Shown here: positions 1 to 11,420 of the stretch, piece after piece
Position numbering within the stretch: position 1 is the stretch's first letter
Layout: the number at the start of each line of letters is the position of its first letter
From: Epiperipatus broadwayi
Taxonomy: Eukaryota > Animalia > Onychophora
Length of the DNA: 64,000 bases
NCBI GenBank assembly: GCA_028023455.1
Contig: JAQFVV010000003.1
Location: 2,728,001-2,792,000, forward strand
Reading direction: 5' to 3'
Made by a program: the position numbers and the translations under genes
Notes under the pieces: model-generated
Databases searched by the model: none
The model's input: the letters and a program-made list of their open reading frames with translations, nothing else
What the model was told of the DNA's origin: nothing

Positions 1-607
1 TAATCTTTTCAAATCAGTTTATCCTTATTTTTAGCAACAATCTTAAATAGTTTAAATAATCAATGAAATCTGATTTGTAAATATAATAGCCATTTCGTTT
101 AATACTATGAAAAATATCCAAATTATACATTTATTTTTCAATATCACAATATCATTTTATCTAAGAATTTAATTTTAAAGCTTCATTTAGTGCAGAGCTT
201 TCAGATCTTATTGGTGGACATTTTAAGTATAGACATGATGCCATCCTGCAATCTTTTAATCATAAATTAGTTCAGTCTTCATTACCTTTATCATAGCCTC
301 TTAACACTATAATCTTTGCTCCTATTATTTAAAATAGTTTGTAATAATTCACCAATCATTTGGTGTAAGTGAATGATTTATAATCAATCACCAACTTCTG
401 AAGATAAAAAATGTTTCTCCTTTTGTAAACATTTTCCTCCTAATTTTTATTTTTTATAAATACTGTTAAAATGAAATATTATATACCTAGATAACAATCT
501 TTTTTTTTTATTTTAAAAAAAAAGTTGTTGTTTTTTTATTAATCCAAACTCATTTAACTTTTATTTAGTTTGCATTTTATATATTGTTACTTTTTCATTT
601 ACCATTG

Positions 608-655
608 TCAAACTTCCTCCACTCACAACTTTGATGCCATCCATTTCTGATAAAT
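608..655 (-). repeat. Short fragment of the 5' part of HHR repeat family 2
   Basis: cttcctccactcacaactttgatgccatccatttc resembles the reverse complement of 59365-59402 (ctactccaacccacaactcttcagccatccatttc). Confidence 0.4.
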
Positions 656-809
656 ATACTAATGATTATTACTAATCATTTTCGAAACTAGAGATTATCT
701 CTAGCACAGATATAAACTTTAAACCTCAGTTAAAGATTAATATATCTGATTTTTTTAATTTTACACACACGGAGTTATTCACATTTCTCTGTCCCGTATG
801 TAATATCTT

Positions 810-1062
810 TATAGAAATAATAAACACCTCCATACTTCCCCATTCTTTTTAAATTCAATGGTAAATTAAAAAGTAACAATTTACTCTAGATAAATATTTT
901 GCATATAATAAAGATATATATGAGAGATAGTGACCTGGGCCAACTGATGAGTGCTGATTCAGCACGAAATGCATCTTGGGGGTCAATTGTCTTTTATTGT
1001 ATCTTTATTTATATGAATTTAAAAAGAATGGGGAAATATGGAGGTGTTTATCATTTTATATA
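810..1062 (+). mobile_element. HHR family 1 element (retrozyme/PLE-pLTR-like) with its 3' end duplicated in inverted orientation at the 5' side
   Basis: Arms 821-857 and 1014-1050 are reverse complements (37 bp, 1 mismatch) and enclose the HHR. The body 905-1045 is homologous to 21345-21490. Confidence 0.75.
931..985 (+). ncRNA. Type I hammerhead ribozyme, minimal/dimer-type, apparently intact
   Basis: CTGATGA 944-950; stem II GTGCTG/CAGCAC 951-965 (loop ATT); GAAA 966-969; palindromic ATGCAT 969-974; cleavage triplet ATC 973-975; stem I CCAA/TTGG plus distal TGACC/GGTCA. Confidence 0.88.
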
Positions 1063-3349
1063 TATATATTTGTCAATGTTCTTCATAAAACATAAATCTT
1101 TAGTCATTATTCATCCTCATAATATTAGTTTTAAGTGTTTTAGTCTCCACCTATCTATCTTTATAATATTAATTTCATATGTTTTAGTGACCATTCATTT
1201 TCATAATATAGTTTAGTCATTATTTATTTTTATGAAATTATAAATGTTTTAGTTGTTACTTTCATAACATTGGTCTTTAGTTACGTGTCTGTCATTTCCA
1301 TGAATTCAGAATATTTGTTTTCAGATAACTGGTCCATAGTTATCCCCACTATCTTCTGATATTGGTCAATAAATGTGATTTATTTTGTGTTATAAAAAGA
1401 AGTATAAAAATATTCATAAATTTTTAAGTTGACAGATTTGATAAATAGATTGCACTTACAAAATTGACAATGGATTATTAAAAGATATTATTTTTGGAGA
1501 TTTAAATTAATTAGAATAAGTAATTTGTTTTGAAAAATTATTCAGTGAATGGGTTTTTTTGCTTAGTTTTGCACAGTTATAAACATTTAATTGTCTTATG
1601 AGATAGCTGTTTCTTAAAGTGGATTATATAGAAAAGTTAATATAATTAGATTAATTAATGTCTATTTTATAGTTTTTGATTTTAATACTCTAGTTAAAGA
1701 ATATTTAGATTTAGCTAATAATCTATAGTTCCTGATTTTAAAGAAAATTTAGATTTAGTTGATTTTTATTTTCCAAATAATTAGTTTATTTTTGTGCTTT
1801 TTTATTCTATTCAGACATAATCATATATATATAGGTTTAAAAAACGTTTTTAAACAGCTACCTGAAAGACAAAGGTTTTTCAGTAAAGAGAAACAGTGAA
1901 GGAAGATACAATACTCACCATGCTAAACAAATGTCAGTTAATGAGGTGTTATATTCCTTTCTTTGTTTCACAGATTAACTAAGAAAATTCGGAAGCTCAT
2001 TTACCAATTAATATTATGATAGTTAGTTTGTTGGCAATAAACTGCTATCTAAAAGAAAAATTCTTTGTATGCAAGATAAAAAAAATTTTTAATTTTAATC
2101 AAATTCTAAGTCATATTCATAATAAATAGCTGCACCAACTATTATATTATATGGACTTTCTACAAGCATGCACGTACCTAAATATATTCTATTAATTTTA
2201 AAAAGCTCGTAAAGAAAAAAAAACGTGTTATTTGCAACTTTCTCAACCTTTCAGAATTATCATCCCTTTTATCATTATAGGAACATAATATCGCCCCTTC
2301 CTCTTTAAAATTTATCAAAAATTATTTATTTTCTATGTTTTATAAAAAAAATTTAATTATTTATTCAAAATACGATTTCATTAAAATAACATGCAACTGT
2401 AAAACTGTCACCTAACGATAAATAATTGTTATCTATGTGATCCTTGAGGTTGATGAAGTTAAGCTAACTTGTTTAATTATATTTGTTTCAAAAACTACTA
2501 AAAATATTCAAATCATCTTTTGCAAATAATTTTGGACTGCAACTAAAGAATAGCGCTAAATTCTTTTTTTATAAGATGAGAAGTTGGAAATGCCATAATT
2601 AGCGATTTGACTTTATTTCAAAACGTTTTAAACTCATTTCTATTATTTTACCCAAGTGTTTCAATATTGTCTTGCATATCTTAAATGTTGTCTTCAACAT
2701 CATTTTGCAAAGTTATCAAACTTCCTTGAAAGGTGTTTGCATTCACATTTAAGAGGTTAAAATATCTCAATATGGTATTATTATATTTTTCATGTACATC
2801 TGGTTAATAAGCAACATTATTTCGGCATCAAAAGTAATATGATATTTAATTGTATTCAGAAACTGAATTATGATGTCGAATAAATGAAAAAATCTGAGAC
2901 ATTGTCTCTTTTAAACTACCATCTGATCTCCTATGCAATAACAAACTTTTATAATCTTCATTCTTTTCATGTCATAATTCTTGAAATAAATGGTCATATA
3001 CTTTGATTTTATTAAATATGAATATTATTAAAATCATTGATTAGATCAATGTATTGGTCTGTCTTTTGGCTATTAAATATTGTTGATGTAAAATACAGTG
3101 TATAATGAAAACATTAGAAATTTTTATTTTAATAAAGTTATAAATCCATGCTCTCTATTTAACATATTTAATTTTTTATACATATCTCAATAATACTATT
3201 TCATTATCATTTAAATACAAGTATAATGTATATACTTAAGCTAGATGTAATTATAGGAAATTTGAATCCCAACTTTTATGCTCCCTTCAGTCATCCTCTC
3301 TATCTTATACAATCAATACTCATGACCACATACATGTGAAAAAGATAAA

Positions 3350-3353
3350 TGAT

Positions 3354-3420
<67 letters not shown>

Positions 3421-3450
3421 GCTGAACCAGCATTCATCAGTTGATCTAAA
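3350..3450 (-). ncRNA. Decayed hammerhead motif (family 2) with stem III expanded into (TA)n
   Basis: The minus strand reads gatcaaCTGATGA-atgctg-gtt-cagcac-aa-(TA)n-ttgatc. GAAA is damaged. Confidence 0.6.
3356..3417. repeat. (TA)n microsatellite
   Basis: About 62 bp of pure TA repeat. Confidence 0.97.
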
Positions 3451-3554
3451 TTGTCATTTCCCACACATGTATAGAATCAGTGCTCGGTTTATATTAAGAT
3501 ATCCTATCCATTAAAGTTTGAAGTTTGCTATCTTAATATAAATTGAGCATTGAT

Positions 3555-3592
<38 letters not shown>

Positions 3593-3599
3593 GCAGATG

Positions 3600-3655
3600 A
3601 TGATTAGAAGAAACTGATGAATGCTGGTTCAGAATGAAATATATTGGAGATCATT
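3600..3655 (+). ncRNA. Hammerhead ribozyme-like motif (family 2), slightly decayed
   Basis: CTGATGA 3614-3620; ATGCTG-GTT-CAGAAT (one stem II mismatch); GAAA 3636-3639; then TATA and TTGGAGATC. Confidence 0.65.
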
Positions 3656-5184
3656 TATCTTTTCACATGCATGTGGTCATGTATACAGTTATATAAGATG
3701 GAAAGGATGACAGAAAGAGCTTGCAAATGCAAGTCTGAGTTCAAATCCTTTCAATTTACTTCATTATCAGGAATTACATTTTTATTTAACTGTGAGATAA
3801 ATTCAGTGTTTTGAAGATCTTGAAAAGAATTGTTCTTTAACATCATTAGCCATCTCATCAGTTATTCTGAAAGCAGTATTGTTGAGGAAAGGAATTAGAA
3901 GAAATAATGCTATACTGATTTGTTGTTCTTGAAGTACTTAAAATTTTTCAAACAGCTGGTATTAACAATTCCCCCTCAATATTATTTGATTTACAACATT
4001 TTCCTTTTAACAATGTATGAAGCTATAAGATCTTTGTCAAGTTAAGGTGCTGAATCTTTATATAAATTTATTGCAATTTTATGATTGTTATTCTTTTTTT
4101 TTAAGTTATGAAAATAATTCACATTTTTCTTTTTCTTATTGGCATGTTTCCTGATTAAATGCTCTTTCATTCTTGAGGTCTTCATTGCCCCATTTGATAA
4201 AATTTGGTGGTATTATAGCACATTGGATCTTGCTTATTACTAAGCAAAGCAATAAAATCTAATTTTAAATATTCAGTTGAATATTGATGACATTTATGTT
4301 TCTGAGACATGGTCTCTATATTAATTTCTAAAAAATAAATTTTAAATAAATCCTTAAAATTCTATATTGTGGAAAAATTAAATTAGCAAATATGAATATA
4401 TTTATAGAGATGTTTTTGCAATAAATAAACTAAACTAAAATAATTTTAATTTGTTAATATTTTATGCATTTTACTGAAACTGATATAATGTTAAAAAATA
4501 TCGAATTCAATATAAATACAAATCCCCCCCCCCCCACAATGCATCTAATAAATAAATCAATAGAGACTTTTTTGTCAAAATAAAAGTCACTGAAGAAATG
4601 CAGCATCTTTGAAAGTATCTCCAGAATAATCATAATTAAAGCTAATCAAATTCATATTGCATATGACTTCATGATGGGTTAGTGATAAGTTATTTGCTTG
4701 ACTAGAATAGTCAGATTAATGAGTTATTATTCATAAGTTATATTATTATATTCATTATCAACTTGGGTAGCATTATTTATATACACATAATTTTTGATTA
4801 TATAAGGCAGGTTAAATAACTAGAGGCTTTTTATAGCCAAGCCAGATTGCAAAGAATAAAAAAAATATTCATTCATAATTAATTCGTCCAGCTAATTTTT
4901 AATTCATCCTTCGAAATGTAAATTAAAGCTTATCAATCCTTAAAATGCAATTATTGCCCACAGAGATTATCATCCAGGTTGAGAAACAATGATTAATTCT
5001 ATGAGGTTCAGGCTAGTAAATTATTATGGTAACATTTTGGACTTGTTTGGTCTATGAATACGTTTACACATACATGTGGTAAGCATAATCACTTCATTTA
5101 TAATAAAAATGCAATTAATAAAATTACAAAGAAATCAAGTCATATGTCATGTGACCTAATTTAACAAGCTTTTATTATAAATGT

Positions 5185-5367
5185 TATATAGAGAGCTCAC
5201 AAATAAGCTCTTAACAAGCTTTGCAGAATATCCCCAACCCCAGACCAGTTTCATCTAATTCCTGAGTATTTTAGCACCTCACTGAGGAAGCCAGTAGCAG
5301 AAACTGGTCTGGGATTGGGGACATTCTGCAAAGCTTGTTAAGAGCTTATTTATGATCTCTGTATATA
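5185..5367. mobile_element. Fold-back element with about 68-bp arms and a decayed HHR-like motif (family 3)
   Basis: Arms about 5185-5252 and 5300-5367 are near-perfect reverse complements. The + strand has CTGAGGA (5282-5288), agccagtagca, then GAAACTGGTC (5300-5309). Confidence 0.75.
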
Positions 5368-5897
5368 ATAAAAATTCAATCTCAAAAGGAAGCAAAAATT
5401 TGAAAACAAATCATTTTAAAATAATATTTTAAAGCTATGCTTCAGTTGAACATATTTAATTTATTATAACATTTAGAAAATTTAAATAGCATTTCTTTTA
5501 AAATATGTTTAAAATTAATGTACATTTTGAAAAGGTTTTACTTTCATTCTACTTATAATGTTTCATGTACAATCTAGCTTCATCAGGTTTTTATAATGTA
5601 ATTAAATCTATTCACCACATCGAAATATCAACTAAAGTTATTATATAAATAATATATCAAAATTTGAAATATAACTATAACTGTCTTTTCCTTGCATAAA
5701 AAGTATTTAACATTATATGATAAATTTGAAACCACAACCAAAAAATAAGTATATTTGCACAATAATATATTCATGCTTTAAAAATAATATATATATATTG
5801 TACATAGCTAATTATGTGTAAGATTCTGACCACTACTCTAAAATATTGAACAATTAGTTACATTTCTAATAATAGCTGGTGAGATTAAGCTGTAAAT

Positions 5898-8752
5898 CAG
5901 TGCTGGATTTAGACTTGATGAGGCTCTAAGCTATATAAAGTCCTGAGACCCCTACAGTTTTAAATTACACCAGTTAATCTCAGAAAAACTTTTAAAATAT
6001 ATATACCTTTTAAATATATGGATAAGGGAAATATATTGTCATTTAATTTTTATTAAAAGAAATAATCAAGAATTTGTTTGCAAAATCACAGAAATTATAT
6101 TATATAATCCTCTAAAAGGCTCTATGTTCCAACTTAAAACATTTTTTTTCTTGATTTCCCAAATGCAAAATTATTGATTATGTCATCAAAAGATAGGCTG
6201 CATAACATGTTGCTTTCTATACTCATGGTGTTAAATACAAACAACTTTTTTTGACACATAGTTGCTCTCAGTTAATTTTTTATTTTCTTTAGCTGTGAAA
6301 ATGATTTTTTTCCTGAATAATTTGTTACCATTAGATACAGGAATAAGCATAATATTGCTTTGACATTAGGAAAAATTAACTGAATCTTGTCTTGAAAGAT
6401 GATTTGATACAGACCTTGGTGTTGAATTTGTTCTTTTTCAGGATAATTCTGCTTGACATAATAATGAAAGTACCTCAGTTCATTCATGAGGTTAATATTA
6501 ATATTGTGTGGATATTCTTTCATTATGGACTGTCCCCGTGAAGCTTCTAAATCAACTAAAAATGAAAATTAATTTGTGAGAAAGTGATATGCACAGATTT
6601 GCACATGTGGTAAGTGCAATCTTTGTATTCTGACAAGCCAGACTAGTTTTATAAAATTCTTCCAGAAAATTATTCCATAAATGTACTATAAAAACAAACT
6701 CTACTTCCTTCCAATTTTTCCAGAAGAGTATTAGCTTGTAGTCTTGTAGCTCGTTTTTCATTCTCATAAGCATAAATATGCTGTAGAGCATCTATGATTG
6801 GCTTATAACTCACATATATGGCAGACACTGCTTTGACATGTGCTTCCAACCTAGTATCAGACTGTCTCTGTAGTATTCTGGTATCTGAGTCTGCTTTCAA
6901 AGAGAATAACAACATAGACCACCTCTTTGTAGAAAATGAAAAGGAAGTCTGTAGCTCTTGAACAATAGCAAAAAAGTTTTACTACATCTAAACAGCAATC
7001 TACAACTGTATGGCCAACAACATTCAGTGAATGTCTAACACATGGAATATATATATCATGCTTGTTTAATTCAAAGATTTTTTGTTGCATTTTATTGTAT
7101 TTAACAGTCCTTACTTAGATAATCCATCATCATATCCACCATACCTTCACCACTGTGATTTTCCAACTCATTAGAAAGCATTCAACAGGTAAATCATCAC
7201 CAGGTTATACATACATCACTATAACAGTTAGTTGATCCTCATAGGAAAGATCTGGCATAGAGTCCACAAACAAACTGAATTAATCTGATTTTCTCAAATC
7301 ACCTAAAATTGATTCTTTTATTTTATTAGATATAAGCTGCATGAGTTTGTTACATACTGTTGTTGATTAATATGAAGGTGACCTAGATTCTTTGTTTCTC
7401 TAGTATTTTGTGTGGATGGAAAGAAATGAATCAAACTTAGCAATCAATTTTAACAAATCAAGGTAGTTGCCATTATTTGGTGATTTGAAAGTTTCATTGT
7501 TTCCCCTAAAAGCCAGACTATGTTCTATTAATGTGTGTATCACTGCAATAACATGCTCAATCACATTCTTCTATTAAAGCTGTTCTTTTATTTGTTTTTC
7601 TAGTCCTGAGTGTAAGATTGAACCACACTTTCTTATCAAGTATGTAAGTGAAGCTCTTCTATGTTATGATCTTCAGAGTTTTCATGACTTTGAATGACTG
7701 TGAGATTTTGCCAGTAAGAAATAAACACAACCAGTTGTTGGAGAATACACAAGCCATTCCTAATCATATGCTTCACGAATAACTTTTCTGTTCGCAAAAA
7801 GATCTTTAAAACAATATCTAATCTTATGTTTGAATAAACACAGAGTTTTCAAATGGACTATTCTAGTGCTAACACTCTAATGGACCTTTTAAAATCCAGT
7901 ATAAGAGTTCATTCTCCGAATAGCCTTCATTGACCAATATCACTGAGTTTCATGAAATTTTATTGTTTCAACTGTAGATGTTGATTTTGCAACAGCACCC
8001 ACACTCACATTGAAATCAGTTTCAATATTCCCATCAACTGAGATTTCAGACTCTATGACCACAGTATCAGAATCCATGGGCTGTTGTTGTTTTAGACTTT
8101 ACTGATCTCCTTGTATTTGTGAATCATCTTCCATTCCTGAGATGAAATATCTGTCAATATTTTATAATATTTTACATTTGTTCTCAAGCTTCTGTTTTCT
8201 TTGTCTCTTCTGGTATCTGCTTTCAAATGTCTGCTTAATTGTATGGCTGGAATCAGAATAGCAAAAATAAATGCTAGAAAATAAAAGATTATAAACATTA
8301 AAAATAATATATAAGTAAAATTTATTATATATTATAGATTACATAGAATACCATGCTAGCTGCTTGCCATCCTTGAATATGTGGGGGGGGGTGAGAAAAA
8401 ATTATCATTTAACATGAATATTTTACCCTTAACAGATGCAGTAATATTTTTTTTTACCTTACAGCTTACACTGAGAGTGACTGAAATGATCCAAGTTAAT
8501 AAAAGGTGGAAGTTGACATATATCAAGATGATTATTTTATTCAATTTAAATATGCAACAACAAGTTAGAATAAATAAAAGCCTGAGATGATATACACAAA
8601 ATAATAATAATAAAATTAGAAAATTTCTGGGGGGAAAAATGTTTAAATATATTAAGAGAAAATTGTATTTGTGAAAAAAAAAAATAGGAATTTTTGAGGT
8701 TCCTGCAAATTGTAAGGTGCTAAGCTGTAGCTTATACCTAATTTCAGCACTG
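5898..8752 (-). mobile_element. Full-length decayed hAT DNA transposon (Tip100/ZMYM1-like group)
   Basis: Imperfect 15-bp TIRs CAGTGCTGGATTTAG (5898) and CAGTGCTGAAATTAG (reverse complement ending at 8752). 8-bp TSD ctgtaaat (5890-5897) / ctgtaatt (8753-8760). Transposase remnants lie inside. Confidence 0.92.
6134..8240 (-). pseudogene. hAT transposase pseudogene (multiple stops and frameshifts)
   Basis: Minus-strand pieces: N-terminal ESRYQKRQRKQKLE; DSMPDLSYEDQLTV; YIPCVRHSLNVVG; QSDTRLEAH; C-terminal dimerisation-like SFSQLKKIKN*LRATMCQ and SIESNMLCSLSFDDIINNFAFGKSRKKMF*. Confidence 0.9.
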
Positions 8753-10440
8753 CTGTAATTGAAACATAGTATGAGTGACTGATTGGTTTATTTTATATTA
8801 AATACTGTTTAACAATGTTAATGTTTAAGTTTGCATTAAAAAACACTAAAATATACTTCTCAATATTACATGTATTCTCATGCTTTTATATGTACGTATA
8901 ATTTAGTAAATTAACTCAGAAATACATATAAACAAACTTGGATAAATATAAGATCTCTTCACAAGTGCTTTAAAATCCATTGCTCAATCATTATCATGTA
9001 ATAAAAAGACCAACATCTTTGTAATATACAATGTATTTCAGGATAGTCTCTTGTCAGTTGCCTCGAGAATAACAATTATCTATTACATGATTTTTATATA
9101 TTAGTAACACCAATTATCAATATGCAGTAGTATTCTATAAATCAATTGGTTTTGATAAATATTAAAAAATATAGAATCATATACAGCCCATTTATTAATT
9201 AAATCTTGATTAATAAACCAAAAATTGTAATATGCAATTTAGATTATCAAATTTTGATATTGCACAAATCCGAGGAATAAAAATCAGCTTATCAAAAATA
9301 CAAAAGATATTCTGTCCCTAAACCAAAAGTCATAAATAATATACATAATCACATACATTCATATTAACTGTTATGCTGTATATTATAAGAATCACATCCC
9401 AACCTGTCCACCTGACACTATATCACAATTTTTTACGAACATAAATGCAGCTCTGGCCACAGCTTTGAGCCTACATTCACTATATGATCTGTTCTGAATG
9501 CAATAATAACAAACACAATCTGAAACAAGGCTGGCACATCACCAGAGACAAATACACATTTAACAAAAAGATTTCTGCATCCCCCTTTCAAAAAAATGGC
9601 CAATTTAAATAATTAATTTCACATTCAAATATGTTAATTACTTATTCTCAACTCTTTAATAAGCCCACAGTAAAGCTTATCTTGCATATGTTTATGTGTT
9701 TATTCTGTTTGTTACATTTCTTTGAGCTTTCTAAAAAATTTTGACATTATTAATATTAAATTACCGTGATAGTACAATTATAGAGTGCTTAAATTTCCTA
9801 AATCAAAGCTCAATCTCTCACTTCTGATGCTTAGATATTGTATAATTTTTTGAGTTAGTAGATATTTTATTATTATTATTAATATTATTATTATTTGTTG
9901 AATGAATAGTTTGTTGATTATAAGTTGACTACTTGATAACAAAATTGTAAGTCTCAAAGGAATCTGAAAAGAATTTCATGTTCTGGCCTGAATTTCAATC
10001 CAAGGAGTAAGCATGGCAGGGATTGACTGTAAAAGAATACCTAACTATTTCAAGCTGAAAGGCAAAGTAAGTTTCAGGCAATCTAAGTTACTGTAATGAG
10101 TATGACTGCAATAATTAAATAAATAAAAAATAGCAGTCATATGATACAATGCTTACTATTGGTAAGGACAGTATTATATCTCATTAGGCACTGAACTCAT
10201 TATGTTTTACTATTTACACCTGTATAGAAATATTTTTGTAGATGTTTTAAGAAAGGCATTTGTTAAAAATGTAAAATGCATAAAATATAAAGGTAAATAA
10301 ATTATATTTTGGTTGCAATATAAATATCTGGCTTACCCATCATACAATTAAATATAATTTTTTTTATTGACATACTAATTTGGCTATGCTATGTTTATTA
10401 AATGACAATGAATAATTTACTTATAGTACTATAAATATTT

Positions 10441-11420
10441 CTTCAGTGATTAAAGCATTGTATCATCAAGGTATAGATCCAGAATATTGTCATATTTTGA
10501 AGAATATTTATAAAAATGCAACAGCAACAATTAGATTACATAATGATACTAAGAAAGTCAACATTGAGATGGGTGTAAGATAGGGTGACTCCATATCTCC
10601 AAAACTTTTTATAGTAGTGCTGCAAGAAGTATTTTGTGGATTAAAATGGGAAGTTAAAGAAGTGAAAGTAAATGGAGATTATTTAAGTCATTTAGATTTT
10701 GCAGATGATGTAGTTGTTTTTGCAAATAATGCTTTAGAGCTGCAGGAAATGTTGCAGGAATTATCAGATGAAAGTAGAAAAGTAGGACAAAAGATAAATG
10801 TTAAAAAGACTAAAGTAATGTTCAATGGATTTCTCAAAATATGAAAATAAAGATTGATTATGATGAATTAGAAAAAGTTAACAGCTACAAATACCTTAGT
10901 CAGATTATTAATACAGACGGAAACATAAGGGATGAAATTAATCATAGAATTAAACTTGGTTGGAGTGCTTTTGGTAGAAATCACTTGATACTAAAAGGAA
11001 ATATGCCTATGTGTTTGAAAAGAAAAGTTTTTAATAAATGTATTTTACCAGTTCTTAGTTATGGATTTGAGACTTGGACATTTAATAGAAGAGCAATACA
11101 GAGAATTCAGACCACTCAAAGAAGTATGGAGAGAAGCATGTTAGGAGTAACAAAAAAAGATTGAAAATGCAATATATGGGTAAGAAAACAAACAGGTATT
11201 ACTGGCCTCATTGAAAAAATTAAAAGACTGAAGTGGAGTTGGGTTAGATATATTGCTAGAAGAGTTGATAATAGATGGACAATTGAAATCATAAACTGGA
11301 TTCCAAGAGATTATAAAAGACCCAGAAAGAAACTACATGTAAGATGGATTAAATAAGAAAATGTCCAGGGGTGATGTGAAGAAGAGAAGCTAAAGATCAG
11401 AGAAGATGGATTGATAAATG
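10441..11420 (+). mobile_element. RTE-clade LINE, 5'-truncated RT pseudogene
   Basis: GVR*GDSISPKLF (10572-10610), HLDFADDVV, YKYL, VLSYGFETW, QRSMERSMLG, LKWSW...DNRW. Confidence 0.93.

Larger units (their letters stand above)
3245..3765. mobile_element. Fold-back (head-to-head) dimer of HHR repeat family 2
   Basis: Arms about 3245-3501 and 3529-3765 are diverged reverse complements, e.g. catgaccacatacatgtgaaaaagataaatgatc / gatcatttatctttttcacatgcatgtggtcatg. Each arm carries an HHR-like core reading outward. Homologous to 34820-35324 and 59357-59650. Confidence 0.85.

Noticed and set aside
658-705. CTAATGA...GAAAC with two tight hairpins
   Set aside because: The core has a G5 mismatch, stem II cannot close next to the core, and no UH follows stem III.
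899-1216. 105-aa ORF
   Set aside because: Low-complexity F/I/Y-rich translation across the HHR repeat; no protein motif.
4590-4620. CTGAAGA...GAAAGTATC possible HHR
   Set aside because: No viable stem I or stem II, and no second copy.
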